The position numbers were made by a program, and so were the translations under genes. Of a DNA stretch of 64,000 bases, positions 20,435 through 31,742 are shown piece after piece (positions within the stretch are counted from its first letter, which is position 1; each line of letters opens with the position of its first letter). The DNA comes from an uncultured Gammaproteobacteria bacterium (GTDB taxonomy: Bacteria > Patescibacteriota > Patescibacteriia > Magasanikbacterales > UBA922). The stretch is taken from NCBI GenBank assembly GCA_964597575.1, contig CAZQXB010000001.1, forward strand, positions 594,511 to 658,510, in the 5' to 3' direction. The notes beneath the pieces are model-generated. The model did not search any database, had not been told where the DNA came from, and saw only the letters and a program-made list of their open reading frames with translations.

Positions 20435-22069
20435 TTACCGAGTACACGCAGCCACAAACGCTAAAAAGAGAGGGTGGGGCTCCATCGGGCGAGATAAAAA
20501 TTCAGGATGGAACTGAACCCCAACAAAGAATGGGTGGTCTTTCAGTTCAACAATTTCAACCAAATCTGTTTCTGGATTCACCCCGACAATTTGTAATCCA
20601 GCAGCATCAAGGGCATCTCGATATCCATTATTTAATTCGTACCGGTGGCGGTGGCGCTCTGAAATGATATCGGCTTTGTAAGCGGCATGGGTTTTGGTGC
20701 CTCGTCGTACCGCGCAATCGTATGCCCCGAGACGCATTGTACCTCCGTAGCGATTCTCTTTAACATTTTTCGCCTGCATCGGATTAATATGGATAATTGG
20801 ATCTGGAGTTTTCTCTGCAACTTCAACTGTATGAGCTTCTTTTTTCTGAAGTACATTGCGAGTAAACTCAACACAGGCAAGTTGCATACCATAGCAGAGG
20901 CCATAATAGGGAATCTTCTTCTCTCGGGCAAACCGAATGGCAGTCATAATTCCCTCAACCCCCCGTGCACCGAAACCACCTGGCACAAGCACACCATCAT
21001 ACTCACTTAGCTCCTCAACCTTTTTTATATTTTTTTCATAGGCTTCTGCGTCAATCCAGGTGAGCTCAGGTTTCCGCTTTTGTGCCCAAGCAGCATGTTT
21101 GATTGCTTCAATGACGGAAATGTAAGAATCCGCAAGTGTAAAATTTCCGGTACCAAAATATTTTCCAATGACTGCGATTTTAACAGGCTTTTCACTCGTT
21201 TCAATAGAACGGACTAATTTTTTCCATGATTCCATTTTCGAAGGACGCGTACGAAGTTCGAGAACCTTTAATAACTTGTTTCCAGCCTCCTGAGCTTCCA
21301 TACGAAGCGGTATTTCATAAATGGAAGAAACATCCGGGGCCGCAATACAGTTTTCTTTAGAAACTCCGCAAAAAACTGCTAATTTTTCTCGTCGAATTTC
21401 ATCGAGGGTTGTTTGTCCACGAGCAATAATCATGTCTGCTTGAATACCCGCATTATTCAGTGCCCGTGCCGCATGTTGAGTTGGTTTTGTTTTCATTTCA
21501 CCGAGGTGTGATGGAACAGGAAGATAGCTGACCAGCACAAAGGCAACACTCGACGGATCTTTTAACTTCATCATGCGGGCGGCTTCGAGAAAAAGAATAT
21601 TTTCATATTCACCAACCGTTCCACCAATTTCGATAATCGTAATATCTGCTTTATCCTTTTTCGCAGCAGTCTCAATACGACGGATAATTTCTTCCGGAAT
21701 ATGGGGAACCACCTGGACGCATTTCCCTTTATACTTCATGGCGCGTTCATTTTCGATAACGGTTTTGTACACTCGACCCGTTGTCATGTAGTTATCTTTC
21801 GATAAGTTGATGTTCAAAAAACGTTCATAGTTCCCCATATCTTGATCTGTCTCATCTTTATCATTCGTTACAAATACCTCACCGTGCTCGATTGGATTCA
21901 TCGTACCAGCGTCCACATTCACATACGGGTCAGCCTTAAGAGCGGTCACCGAAAAACCTTTCGCACTAAAAATTGCGCCCAAAGACGCCGAAGTAACTCC
22001 CTTACCCACCCCCGAAAGAACGCCTCCGACGACAAAAATGTATTTCTTCTTGGCTTTATTTTTTTTCAT
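20435..22069 (-). CDS. pyrG: CTP synthase
   Basis: GGVLSGVGKG, DPYVNVDAGTMNPIEHGEV, KTKPTQH, GLCYGMQ, ERHRHRYE, QFHPEF. Confidence 0.97.
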   Translation of the reverse strand: MKKNKAKKKYIFVVGGVLSGVGKGVTSASLGAIFSAKGFSVTALKADPYVNVDAGTMNPIEHGEVFVTNDKDETDQDMGNYERFLNINLSKDNYMTTGRVYKTVIENERAMKYKGKCVQVVPHIPEEIIRRIETAAKKDKADITIIEIGGTVGEYENILFLEAARMMKLKDPSSVAFVLVSYLPVPSHLGEMKTKPTQHAARALNNAGIQADMIIARGQTTLDEIRREKLAVFCGVSKENCIAAPDVSSIYEIPLRMEAQEAGNKLLKVLELRTRPSKMESWKKLVRSIETSEKPVKIAVIGKYFGTGNFTLADSYISVIEAIKHAAWAQKRKPELTWIDAEAYEKNIKKVEELSEYDGVLVPGGFGARGVEGIMTAIRFAREKKIPYYGLCYGMQLACVEFTRNVLQKKEAHTVEVAEKTPDPIIHINPMQAKNVKENRYGGTMRLGAYDCAVRRGTKTHAAYKADIISERHRHRYELNNGYRDALDAAGLQIVGVNPETDLVEIVELKDHPFFVGVQFHPEFLSRPMEPHPLFLAFVAACTR

Positions 22070-22130
22070 ACAATGCTTGAAGCTATGTTGAATAGGAGTA
22101 TAGCAGAAAGAACGACTGTATGAAAATCTA

Positions 22131-22159
22131 TTGACAAATTACCTAAATTATGCTATATT
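22131..22159 (+). promoter_or_regulatory. sigma70-type promoter of orphan lipoprotein gene
   Basis: TTGACA-17-TATATT with TG extended -10. Confidence 0.75.
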
Positions 22160-22221
22160 TTGCACGCTCTCTTTAGCATGTTCCCATCGTGGCACGCTAT
22201 AGGAGTAAGGAGTTAAGGACA

Positions 22222-22818
22222 ATGAGAAAAGCAACAAAGGGCGCGAGGGTCCTGTGGATCGGAATGCTGGTCACCCTCGGGGCCCTCTGCCTCGCAGGGC
22301 CCGGCTGTGGCGGGACGGAGGAGAGCTCGCTTGAGGAGGAGCACTCCGAACTGTTCGGCAGCCCAACGCCGCAGCAGCGGTGCTTGCCGAGCTACTGCAC
22401 ATCACTCAACAAGGAGGTGCCGTTCCCACGGGTCATGTTGTGGTATCATGAATCCGATCCCCGGGGAGGTCAGCCCTGGCTGGGGACGCCGCAGGGTCAG
22501 TGCGTGGATGGTAGTGGTGGATCATTCGGCATCTACTACACTCCACAAGACCTCGCTGATGAATTTTCGCGGCATAGACACCAGTTCATTCAGCAGCCAA
22601 CCACACCGGGAAAACTGACCAGATTCACCAACAACTCCACTTACGGAATCACCGTAGTCTATATTCAGGGTGACTTCGACAACAGCGTCAGGCCGCTTAA
22701 CTACATAGGGCCAGGGCAGCAGCGAGCGCTGCCTACTCCAAGTGGCACAGATCGGTTCAAGGTCTATATCAATGGCGCCGGCACTTCGCTCGTGAACATC
22801 GCCGACGTGTGCAATTAG
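22222..22818 (+). CDS. orphan putative lipoprotein/secreted Cys-containing protein, GC-rich
   Basis: AAGGA SD before ATG 22222; basic N-terminus, hydrophobic core, LAGPGCGG lipobox-like end; visibly higher GC than flanks. Confidence 0.65.
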   Translation: MRKATKGARVLWIGMLVTLGALCLAGPGCGGTEESSLEEEHSELFGSPTPQQRCLPSYCTSLNKEVPFPRVMLWYHESDPRGGQPWLGTPQGQCVDGSGGSFGIYYTPQDLADEFSRHRHQFIQQPTTPGKLTRFTNNSTYGITVVYIQGDFDNSVRPLNYIGPGQQRALPTPSGTDRFKVYINGAGTSLVNIADVCN

Positions 22819-22978
22819 TCGACATCTGAGCAACTAGTATTACTGGGCATACCTGCTACCTAAATGCATTACCAGCATGCACCGCAGTTGAAGTCAGCCA
22901 CACCAGTTGCCGACTCCTGCCCATCTCGCGCCGGTCGCAAGCAGTGAACACAACTCGTTCCCTGTACCGGCCCCCTAT

Positions 22979-23005
22979 AAAAGAGCTTTTACGAAGGCTC
23001 TTTTT
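22979..23005 (+). terminator. intrinsic terminator
   Basis: AAAAGAGCTTT-tacg-AAGGCTCTTTTT. Confidence 0.75.
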
Positions 23006-23044
23006 TGGTCTTTGGGGTAATTCTCAAAAAACTACTCTTTCCTC

Positions 23045-23073
23045 TTGACTTTTTGGCTAAAATACGCTACACT
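23045..23073 (+). promoter_or_regulatory. sigma70-type promoter of era
   Basis: TTGACT-17-TACACT. Confidence 0.65.
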
Positions 23074-23094
23074 ACGAGGTATTCTTTTTTGCCT

Positions 23095-23967
23095 ATGAAA
23101 TCCGGATTCGTCGTCTTAGTTGGACGAAGCAATGTTGGAAAATCAACTCTCATGAATACCCTTGTCGGGACAAAGATTTCCGCAACGTCTTTTCGTGCAC
23201 AAATGACTCGTCATATTATTCACGGAGTCATGAATATGCCAGATGGCCAGGCTATTTTTGTCGACACTCCAGGGATGTTTAAAGACCGCCGTAATGCCCT
23301 TACTGCCCGTTTAACCGGAAAAGTAAGCGAAGCCCTCAAAGACATTGATGTTATTGTGTATGTGGTCGACCCGACTCGTGAAGTAGGTCCGGAAGAACGT
23401 GCGATGTACGGCATGATTCGCCACTTATCGAACCCGAAACTTTTAGTGATTAATAAAAGCGACCTTCCCCCACGTGATCGCCCTCATACCCGTGAGTATG
23501 AAGCCTGGGCTGAAGATTTTGCAGGAGTATTTTATCTTTCAGCGCTTCGTGCAAGCCACATTCAACCTCTCAAAGAGAAGGTAATGGAACTTTTGCCAGA
23601 AGGTGAACCTCTCTATCCTCCCGACCAGCTTACAAACATCGACAACCATTTTTGGATTGCGGAAATTGTTCGTGAAAAAGTATTTTCTATTTTTGATAAA
23701 GAAGTGCCTTATTCCATGGCAGTCGAAGTTGATACGGTTGAAGAAAAGACCTTTGGAAAAGGTGATGCCGCTGTCCCTGGACTTGCGATAAAAGCCAGAA
23801 TTTTGACCAATGAAGAACGGTACAAACGAATAATTATCGGGGCACGAGGGAACAAAATTAAGGAAATCGGCCAAATGGCACGCAAGGAACTCGAAGCCTC
23901 AACCAACCGTAAAGTATTTCTTGAACTTGAAGTAGAGGTTGACACACACTGGGTTGAACGAATCTAG
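23095..23967 (+). CDS. era: GTPase Era
   Basis: MKSGFV..GRSNVGKST, DTPG, NKSD, EVPYS, KH-domain IIIGARG. Confidence 0.95.
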   Translation: MKSGFVVLVGRSNVGKSTLMNTLVGTKISATSFRAQMTRHIIHGVMNMPDGQAIFVDTPGMFKDRRNALTARLTGKVSEALKDIDVIVYVVDPTREVGPEERAMYGMIRHLSNPKLLVINKSDLPPRDRPHTREYEAWAEDFAGVFYLSALRASHIQPLKEKVMELLPEGEPLYPPDQLTNIDNHFWIAEIVREKVFSIFDKEVPYSMAVEVDTVEEKTFGKGDAAVPGLAIKARILTNEERYKRIIIGARGNKIKEIGQMARKELEASTNRKVFLELEVEVDTHWVERI

Positions 23968-23975
23968 ACAGATAT

Positions 23976-24006
23976 AAAAAACTCCGGTACTGTACCGGAG
24001 TTTTTT
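23976..24006. terminator. bidirectional intrinsic terminator
   Basis: AAAAAACTCCGGTAC-t-GTACCGGAGTTTTTT. Confidence 0.88.
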
Positions 24007-24022
24007 TATTATACAAATGCTG

Positions 24023-24754
24023 TTAGTAGCTGATTTCCACTTGGACACTCTCTGTTTTCGCTTTTGCTACACAATTTTTTAACTCTGTAGTTTGTTCCCA
24101 CTCACACTTCCCTGTGGTTTTATTCTTTCCGCATGTCGCTTTTTGGTAGCACGCAAACTCTGGTTTATAAATACACGTACTTACCATATCTTCATCACTG
24201 CACACTTCACCACTGCAGCCACTTGGCCGACACTCTCCTTTGGCCACCGTTGATGATGGAGCGACAGGCGGGGTCAACTCTTCTCCAAAACTCACGGGCA
24301 CCACAAACGACATATCGTTTTCTGGGAGTCCTGATGGATTATCGCGCATAAAAGCCAATGAACCGTTGGCTGTGGCCGGGCGCACAAACGTAAGCGTTGC
24401 AGAAAATGGCACGAACTCTTCAGTCATCCACTCTCCGTCAGCATTAGCAATGCCTGTCGCAACTTCTTGCCCATTCCCATCAAGAAGCTTTATAGGGAAG
24501 CTCGCTTCAAAAAAGTATGTTCCTCTCGCTTCGCCATTTATTCGAAGTGGGTTCGCGATGGTCTCATTTCTCTGAGGCGCTGATACGCGAATCATATCAC
24601 TTGGATCTTTTTCAGAAGGAGTGGCTGGAGTAACGACCGATGGAGATGGTTCTGGATTCATCGATCTCTTTATCGGTTCAAGAAGCAAAATGACACTGGC
24701 AAACATTACGACTGCAGCACCAAGGAGCGCGATCACCCACATTTGCTTATTCAT
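24023..24754 (-). CDS. membrane-anchored Gmad2 Ig-like domain protein with C-terminal Cys-cluster domain
   Basis: GEARGTYFFEASFPI...WMTEEFVPF...DNPSGLPEN; CRPSGCSGEVC...STCIYKPEFACY...C...CEW. Confidence 0.8.
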   Translation of the reverse strand: MNKQMWVIALLGAAVVMFASVILLLEPIKRSMNPEPSPSVVTPATPSEKDPSDMIRVSAPQRNETIANPLRINGEARGTYFFEASFPIKLLDGNGQEVATGIANADGEWMTEEFVPFSATLTFVRPATANGSLAFMRDNPSGLPENDMSFVVPVSFGEELTPPVAPSSTVAKGECRPSGCSGEVCSDEDMVSTCIYKPEFACYQKATCGKNKTTGKCEWEQTTELKNCVAKAKTESVQVEISY

Positions 24755-24763
24755 AGCAAAAAA

Positions 24764-26200
24764 TTAAGAATGAATTGATGAAAACAAAGCATGCCCAACT
24801 CGAAGCACCTGCTCGTCTTGCAGCCGTGGACCAATAAGCTGCACGCCCACCGGAAGACCATTTTTTGTTTTTCCTCCAGGAATGGATAGGGCTGGAACAC
24901 CGGCCAAGGCTGCAGGGCTCACAAACACATCTGCTAAATACATAGAGAGAACATCAGAAGATTTTTCCCCTAAACGAAAGGCCGGAAATGGAGAAGTGGG
25001 AGTAATGATCGCGTCAACTTCCGTAAAGACATCTGCGAAATCTTTTGCAATAAGCGAACGCACTTTCTGAGCTTTTTTGTAGTACGCATCATAATAGCCG
25101 GCGGAGAGTGCATAGGTACCAATCATAATACGGCGTTTCACTTCACTCGGGAAACCATGGGAACGTGAGTTTGCGTAGACGGCCTCAAGCGCATCCCCTG
25201 CCTCACGGACTCCATAGCGGATTCCATCAAGACGGCCCAAATTAGAACTATCTTCGCTTGGAACAAGAAGGTAATATGTAGGGACTGCATACTTTGTATG
25301 CGGAAGTGATACCGGAACGACTACACAGCCCAAATCTTTCAGCTTTTGAATTGCACCATCCACAATCATTTTTGTTTCACTCTCTAATCCCTCAAGTTCA
25401 AAATATTCTTGCGGCACACCAATACGCATCCCCTTCACTGGCTTTTGAATTTCCTCAGTGTACGTTGGTACGTTGTGCGGCGCAGTTGTTGCATCAAGCG
25501 GATCAACTCCTGCCATGATTTCCATAAGGAGTGCTATGTCCTCAACGGTTTTAGCCATGGGCCCAACGGTATCGAGTGAAGAGGCCATTGGCATAATACC
25601 GTACCTTGAATTGCGTCCGTAACTCGGGCGAAACCCTACCACCCCACAAAATGCTGCCGGTTGGCGAATCGAACCACCGGTATCTTCTGCGATAGAAAAT
25701 AAGCACATGTTGGCAGCGAGAGCGGCCGCTGAACCACCTGAAGAACCACCTGACACACGCGAGGTATCATGAGGGTTTTTCACGGCTCCATACATGGAGT
25801 TTTCATTACTTGCTCCATGACCAAAGCTGTCACAATTTTGTTTACCCACGAGAACGGCACCGGCTTCTTTTATTTTTCGAACGACTGTTGCGTCAAACGG
25901 AGGGATGTAGGTATCTAAAATACGCGCCGCGCCAGTCGCTCGTACGTCTGCGGTACAAATAGCATCTTTTACTCCGAAGGGAATACCCGTAAGTACGCTG
26001 GCTTCTCCTTTTTGAAGAAGTTCATCGGCGACTTTTGCAGCATGATGCGCATCGTCTTCTGTCACCGTAATAAAGGCATTCATATCTGGATTTTTCTCAG
26101 CAATGATTTTCAAACATGCCTTGGTTAATTCCAAAGCAGAAAACTCCTTTTTATGAAGCCCAATTCTTGCTCCGGCTATTGTTAAATTCTGTACATCCAT
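24764..26200 (-). CDS. gatA: Asp/Glu-tRNA amidotransferase subunit A
   Basis: Amidase signature GGSSGGSAAA, DTGGSIRQPA, SSNLGRLDGIRYG, EVKRRIMIGTY. Confidence 0.96.
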   Translation of the reverse strand: MDVQNLTIAGARIGLHKKEFSALELTKACLKIIAEKNPDMNAFITVTEDDAHHAAKVADELLQKGEASVLTGIPFGVKDAICTADVRATGAARILDTYIPPFDATVVRKIKEAGAVLVGKQNCDSFGHGASNENSMYGAVKNPHDTSRVSGGSSGGSAAALAANMCLFSIAEDTGGSIRQPAAFCGVVGFRPSYGRNSRYGIMPMASSLDTVGPMAKTVEDIALLMEIMAGVDPLDATTAPHNVPTYTEEIQKPVKGMRIGVPQEYFELEGLESETKMIVDGAIQKLKDLGCVVVPVSLPHTKYAVPTYYLLVPSEDSSNLGRLDGIRYGVREAGDALEAVYANSRSHGFPSEVKRRIMIGTYALSAGYYDAYYKKAQKVRSLIAKDFADVFTEVDAIITPTSPFPAFRLGEKSSDVLSMYLADVFVSPAALAGVPALSIPGGKTKNGLPVGVQLIGPRLQDEQVLRVGHALFSSIHS

Positions 26201-26202
26201 AA

Positions 26203-26502
26203 TTATTCGGTAAATACCGCCTTTACGCGCAATAAATCAGCATGTTTTTCTGGAAATGCATCGAGAAGTTTTTGGCGAACATCGCTCTTAGTAAGCGCGG
26301 CTTCATCTGGTCGGGTAACATCCTCTAAACCCGTAACCTGAACTGTCTCCGACACAGTCGAGGTGTCGACGGTGTTTAGCTCTTCGACGTACGAAAAAAT
26401 AACCGAGAGTTCCTTGGCGTAGGCTTCAACTTCGGCATCAGTTACTCCGAGCCGCGCCAATTTGGCTACAGCCCGAACGGTTTCATGAGAAATGGTAGTC
26501 AT
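26203..26502 (-). CDS. gatC: Asp/Glu-tRNA amidotransferase subunit C
   Basis: VAKLARL...YVEELNTVDT...RPD...VKAVF; directly upstream of gatA; start at ATG 26502. Confidence 0.92.
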   Translation of the reverse strand: MTTISHETVRAVAKLARLGVTDAEVEAYAKELSVIFSYVEELNTVDTSTVSETVQVTGLEDVTRPDEAALTKSDVRQKLLDAFPEKHADLLRVKAVFTE

Positions 26503-26520
26503 AGAGGTAAATGCGTAGCT

Positions 26521-26571
26521 AGTGTACCGTGCTCTTGGGGTCTTGACAAGATTGTACCATTTGAGTATTTT
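26521..26571. promoter_or_regulatory. overlapping divergent promoters sharing a palindromic -35 region (gatCA on -, candidate sRNA on +)
   Basis: TCTTGACAAGA palindrome; + strand TTGACA(26543-48)-17-TATTTT(26566-71); - strand TTGTCA(26549-44)-17-TACACT(26526-21). Confidence 0.6.
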
Positions 26572-26576
26572 ACACA

Positions 26577-26674
26577 TGCTCACGTACAAGCGCCTTGCGG
26601 GCACCATTCTCCGGATTCGTCCGGTTGAGCACACACCGCCCCAAGCTCGCTTCGTACGTGGGCACTTTTATTTT
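26577..26674 (+). ncRNA. candidate ~95-nt hairpin small RNA
   Basis: Starts at the predicted TSS; TGCTCACGTAC/GTACGTGGGCA, AAGCG/CGCTT, CTTG/CAAG, GGGC/GCCC stems, internal bubble, CCGGA-TTCG-TCCGG cap, followed by TTTTATTTT. Confidence 0.5.
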
Positions 26675-26678
26675 GAAG

Positions 26679-29478
<2,800 letters not shown>

Positions 29479-29530
29479 ACGGACAGAAGTATACCATATC
29501 TCCTCCTACCGAAGAAAAATATTCTGTAAA

Positions 29531-29707
29531 ATAAAGAGAGACCGGACCGAGCGAAGGATGTTACTCCTCCGCTCGGCCGGTCCCGTGGGCGATCATCCTC
29601 GACCTGAGCCTCCGCTCACGGTCATGTCACTCGACGTTGCCCACGTGGGAACGACAGTGGCGAGGAATGAACCCCACTCGATCAGACAGGCCGGCGCCGG
29701 GCGCGGG
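29531..29707 (-). ncRNA. GC-rich structured RNA segment (three-way junction plus long terminator hairpin) downstream of the sORF
   Basis: Minus strand: GTGGGGTTCATTCCTCG pairs with CGAGGATGATCGCCCAC enclosing two hairpins; GACCGG-CCGAGCGGAGGA/TCCTTCGCTCGG-tCCGGTC followed by T-rich tail. Confidence 0.45.
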
Positions 29708-29803
29708 TCAGCTGATCACGATGGTGCCGGCGCGGTTGCTCTCGAGCTTGCAGTGCTTGTAGTAACAGGTGTTCTGCACCTCGGTCGGGTCGTGGTTGCG
29801 CAT
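29708..29803 (-). CDS. 31-aa small ORF MRNHDPTEVQNTCYYKHCKLESNRAGTIVIS
   Basis: AAGGAG SD 5 nt before ATG; almost all codons end in C/G; lies between a consensus promoter and a terminator; shorter than any ORF in the track. Confidence 0.6.
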   Translation of the reverse strand: MRNHDPTEVQNTCYYKHCKLESNRAGTIVIS

Positions 29804-29872
29804 CGGTTCTCCTTGGTGTCCTTGGCGAAGGCGTCTCCTGCACTGGGCAGTACAGACGCGGTTGATAAAAAA

Positions 29873-29909
29873 AGAATAAAATAAATCACCCTCTTTGTCA
29901 AGAGGGTGA
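29873..29909 (-). promoter_or_regulatory. sigma70-type promoter with an inverted repeat around the -35 box
   Basis: TTGACA(29901-896)-17-TATTCT(29878-873); TCACCCTCT...AGAGGGTGA inverted repeat flanks the -35. Confidence 0.7.
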
Positions 29910-29947
29910 GAGGGATATTTTCCTAAATATGCCTTATTTTAGCCAAA

Positions 29948-30802
29948 TTATTGTTTTTTCGAAACCCAACGGTGAATAGCAAACACAAGAGCCATACCTA
30001 AAAATACCAGCATAACTCCAAACACTGTTTCACGGGTAAACTCTAGTCCAGTCTGCTTCCAAGGCCAAATTTTCCGAATAGAGCCAAGCATAAGTCCTAA
30101 AAGGACCGCAATGGTCACATCATGATACTTCCTCAAAAGCCATGCTACCACCCGCACAAACAGGAGAATTCCAACCACCATTCCCACCCCAAACGGAATG
30201 AGTACCCCCCAATTCCACAGGGCCACTGCCTCAACCATAGGGTAATACTGACCGAGAATATGAAGAGTAAACGCTCCAGATAAACCTGGCAATAAGCCCG
30301 CCACAACCGCCACAGCCCCGCTTAAAAAAAGCACCGGGGTTGTTTGGGGAAACTGCTGTGGAATAATATCAACCATAAACCAGCCCGCAACAAAACCAAT
30401 CAAGGTGAGGATCCAGGTAGCGGCTGTTTTTTTCTTGATTTCAGTATGAACGAAATATGCAGAGGCAAGCATGAGTCCGAACAAAAGTGCATCTGTATAT
30501 AATGGGAATGCCACCTTAAGTGCATCCACGGCTCGAGCTGATAGAACGACGGCCACCGCAACGCCGCTCGTAAGCACCACCAAAAAATGCCAAGGAATAT
30601 ACGCAGCAAGCTCTTTCCACTTTCCCCGTAAAAATAACCCGAGTGCTTGCCAATTAAATCGAGCAAGCGCCACTAAAATATCCTGATACAACCCTACAAT
30701 AATTGCCATGGTTCCCCCAGATACCCCAGCAACGATATCAACCGCCCCAATCACTAACCCTTTCACAAATAACCTTCCTCGAGAATCGGTATTCTGTAAC
30801 AT
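29948..30802 (-). CDS. DUF368 family membrane protein
   Basis: KGLVIGAVDIVAGVSGGTMA, LPGLSGA..L.ILGQY, GLMLGS...IWPW. Confidence 0.88.
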   Translation of the reverse strand: MLQNTDSRGRLFVKGLVIGAVDIVAGVSGGTMAIIVGLYQDILVALARFNWQALGLFLRGKWKELAAYIPWHFLVVLTSGVAVAVVLSARAVDALKVAFPLYTDALLFGLMLASAYFVHTEIKKKTAATWILTLIGFVAGWFMVDIIPQQFPQTTPVLFLSGAVAVVAGLLPGLSGAFTLHILGQYYPMVEAVALWNWGVLIPFGVGMVVGILLFVRVVAWLLRKYHDVTIAVLLGLMLGSIRKIWPWKQTGLEFTRETVFGVMLVFLGMALVFAIHRWVSKKQ

Positions 30803-30804
30803 AC

Positions 30805-31284
30805 TTATTGCTTAAGTAAGTTCTTAAGTACTGCTGCAACTTCACCAGCGTGACCTTCTGGCTTTGCTTTCTCCCATACATGAACAATAACCCCATCGGG
30901 ATCAATAAGAAAAGTAGAACGCGACATACCCATGTACGTTCTCCCCATGAACTTTCGCTCACCCCAAACCCCGAATGCATCGGCGAGCGCGTGATTCTCA
31001 TCAGCCCAGAGAGGAAAATTTAATTCGTATTTTGCGGTAAATTTTTCATGGGCCTTTAAACCATCTTTACTCACACCAATCACTACCGCCCCAAGCTTTT
31101 TAAGCTCAGCCTCAGCATCACGAAAACTACACGCCTGTGTGGTACACCCCGGTGTCATATCTTTCGGATAAAAATAGAGGACGACATACTTCCCAAGAAA
31201 ATCTTTCAAAGAAACTTCCTTTTCGTCTTTACCCATCACCTGCACATTGAGAGGTGCTTTCTTTCCAATCTGGAGCATAGACAA
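30805..31284 (-). CDS. bcp: thioredoxin-dependent peroxiredoxin Bcp
   Basis: YFYPKDMTPGCTTQACSFRD, RSTFLID. Confidence 0.93.
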   Translation of the reverse strand: MSMLQIGKKAPLNVQVMGKDEKEVSLKDFLGKYVVLYFYPKDMTPGCTTQACSFRDAEAELKKLGAVVIGVSKDGLKAHEKFTAKYELNFPLWADENHALADAFGVWGERKFMGRTYMGMSRSTFLIDPDGVIVHVWEKAKPEGHAGEVAAVLKNLLKQ

Positions 31285-31287
31285 AGA

Positions 31288-31698
31288 TTATTTTTTAAGA
31301 AGGTCACGAATTTCTCGAAGAAGCACAATATTCTCCGGTGGAGGTGACACTGCAGCTTCTTCCTTTTTTTCTTCTCGTTCCATTTTTTGGCGAAGCGTGT
31401 TCAGGGCTTTAATAAAAAAGAAAATACTCCCGGAAATGATGAGAAAATCAAAAATCGACTGGATAAAAAGGCCGTAGCGAATGGCAAGTTCCGGCGTATC
31501 CTCTACTGCGGGTTTTAAGATCAGTGTGAGCCATTTAAAATCAACCCCTCCGAGAATTAAACTAATAATCGGGGTAATAATATCAGCCACGAGCGAGCTC
31601 ACAATTTTTCCAAAAGCTCCACCGATGACCACACCAATAGCCAAGTCAACCACATTCCCCTTTGCTGCAAACTGACGAAATTCTGTAAGAATAGACAT
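31288..31698 (-). CDS. mscL: large-conductance mechanosensitive channel
   Basis: EFRQFAAKGNVVDLAIGVVIGGAFGKIVSSLVADII, LLREIRDLLK. Confidence 0.97.
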   Translation of the reverse strand: MSILTEFRQFAAKGNVVDLAIGVVIGGAFGKIVSSLVADIITPIISLILGGVDFKWLTLILKPAVEDTPELAIRYGLFIQSIFDFLIISGSIFFFIKALNTLRQKMEREEKKEEAAVSPPPENIVLLREIRDLLKK

Positions 31699-31742
31699 AT
31701 ATTAAGTACAGCCACGAAATAACGAGTTCAGTATAGCGTACC

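Noticed and set aside
29531-29870. tmRNA, RNase P RNA or hammerhead ribozyme as identity of the GC-rich unit
   Set aside because: No tRNA-like ends or Ala-ending tag, no GAGGAAAGUCC motif, and CUGAUCGA lacks the matching GAAA core.
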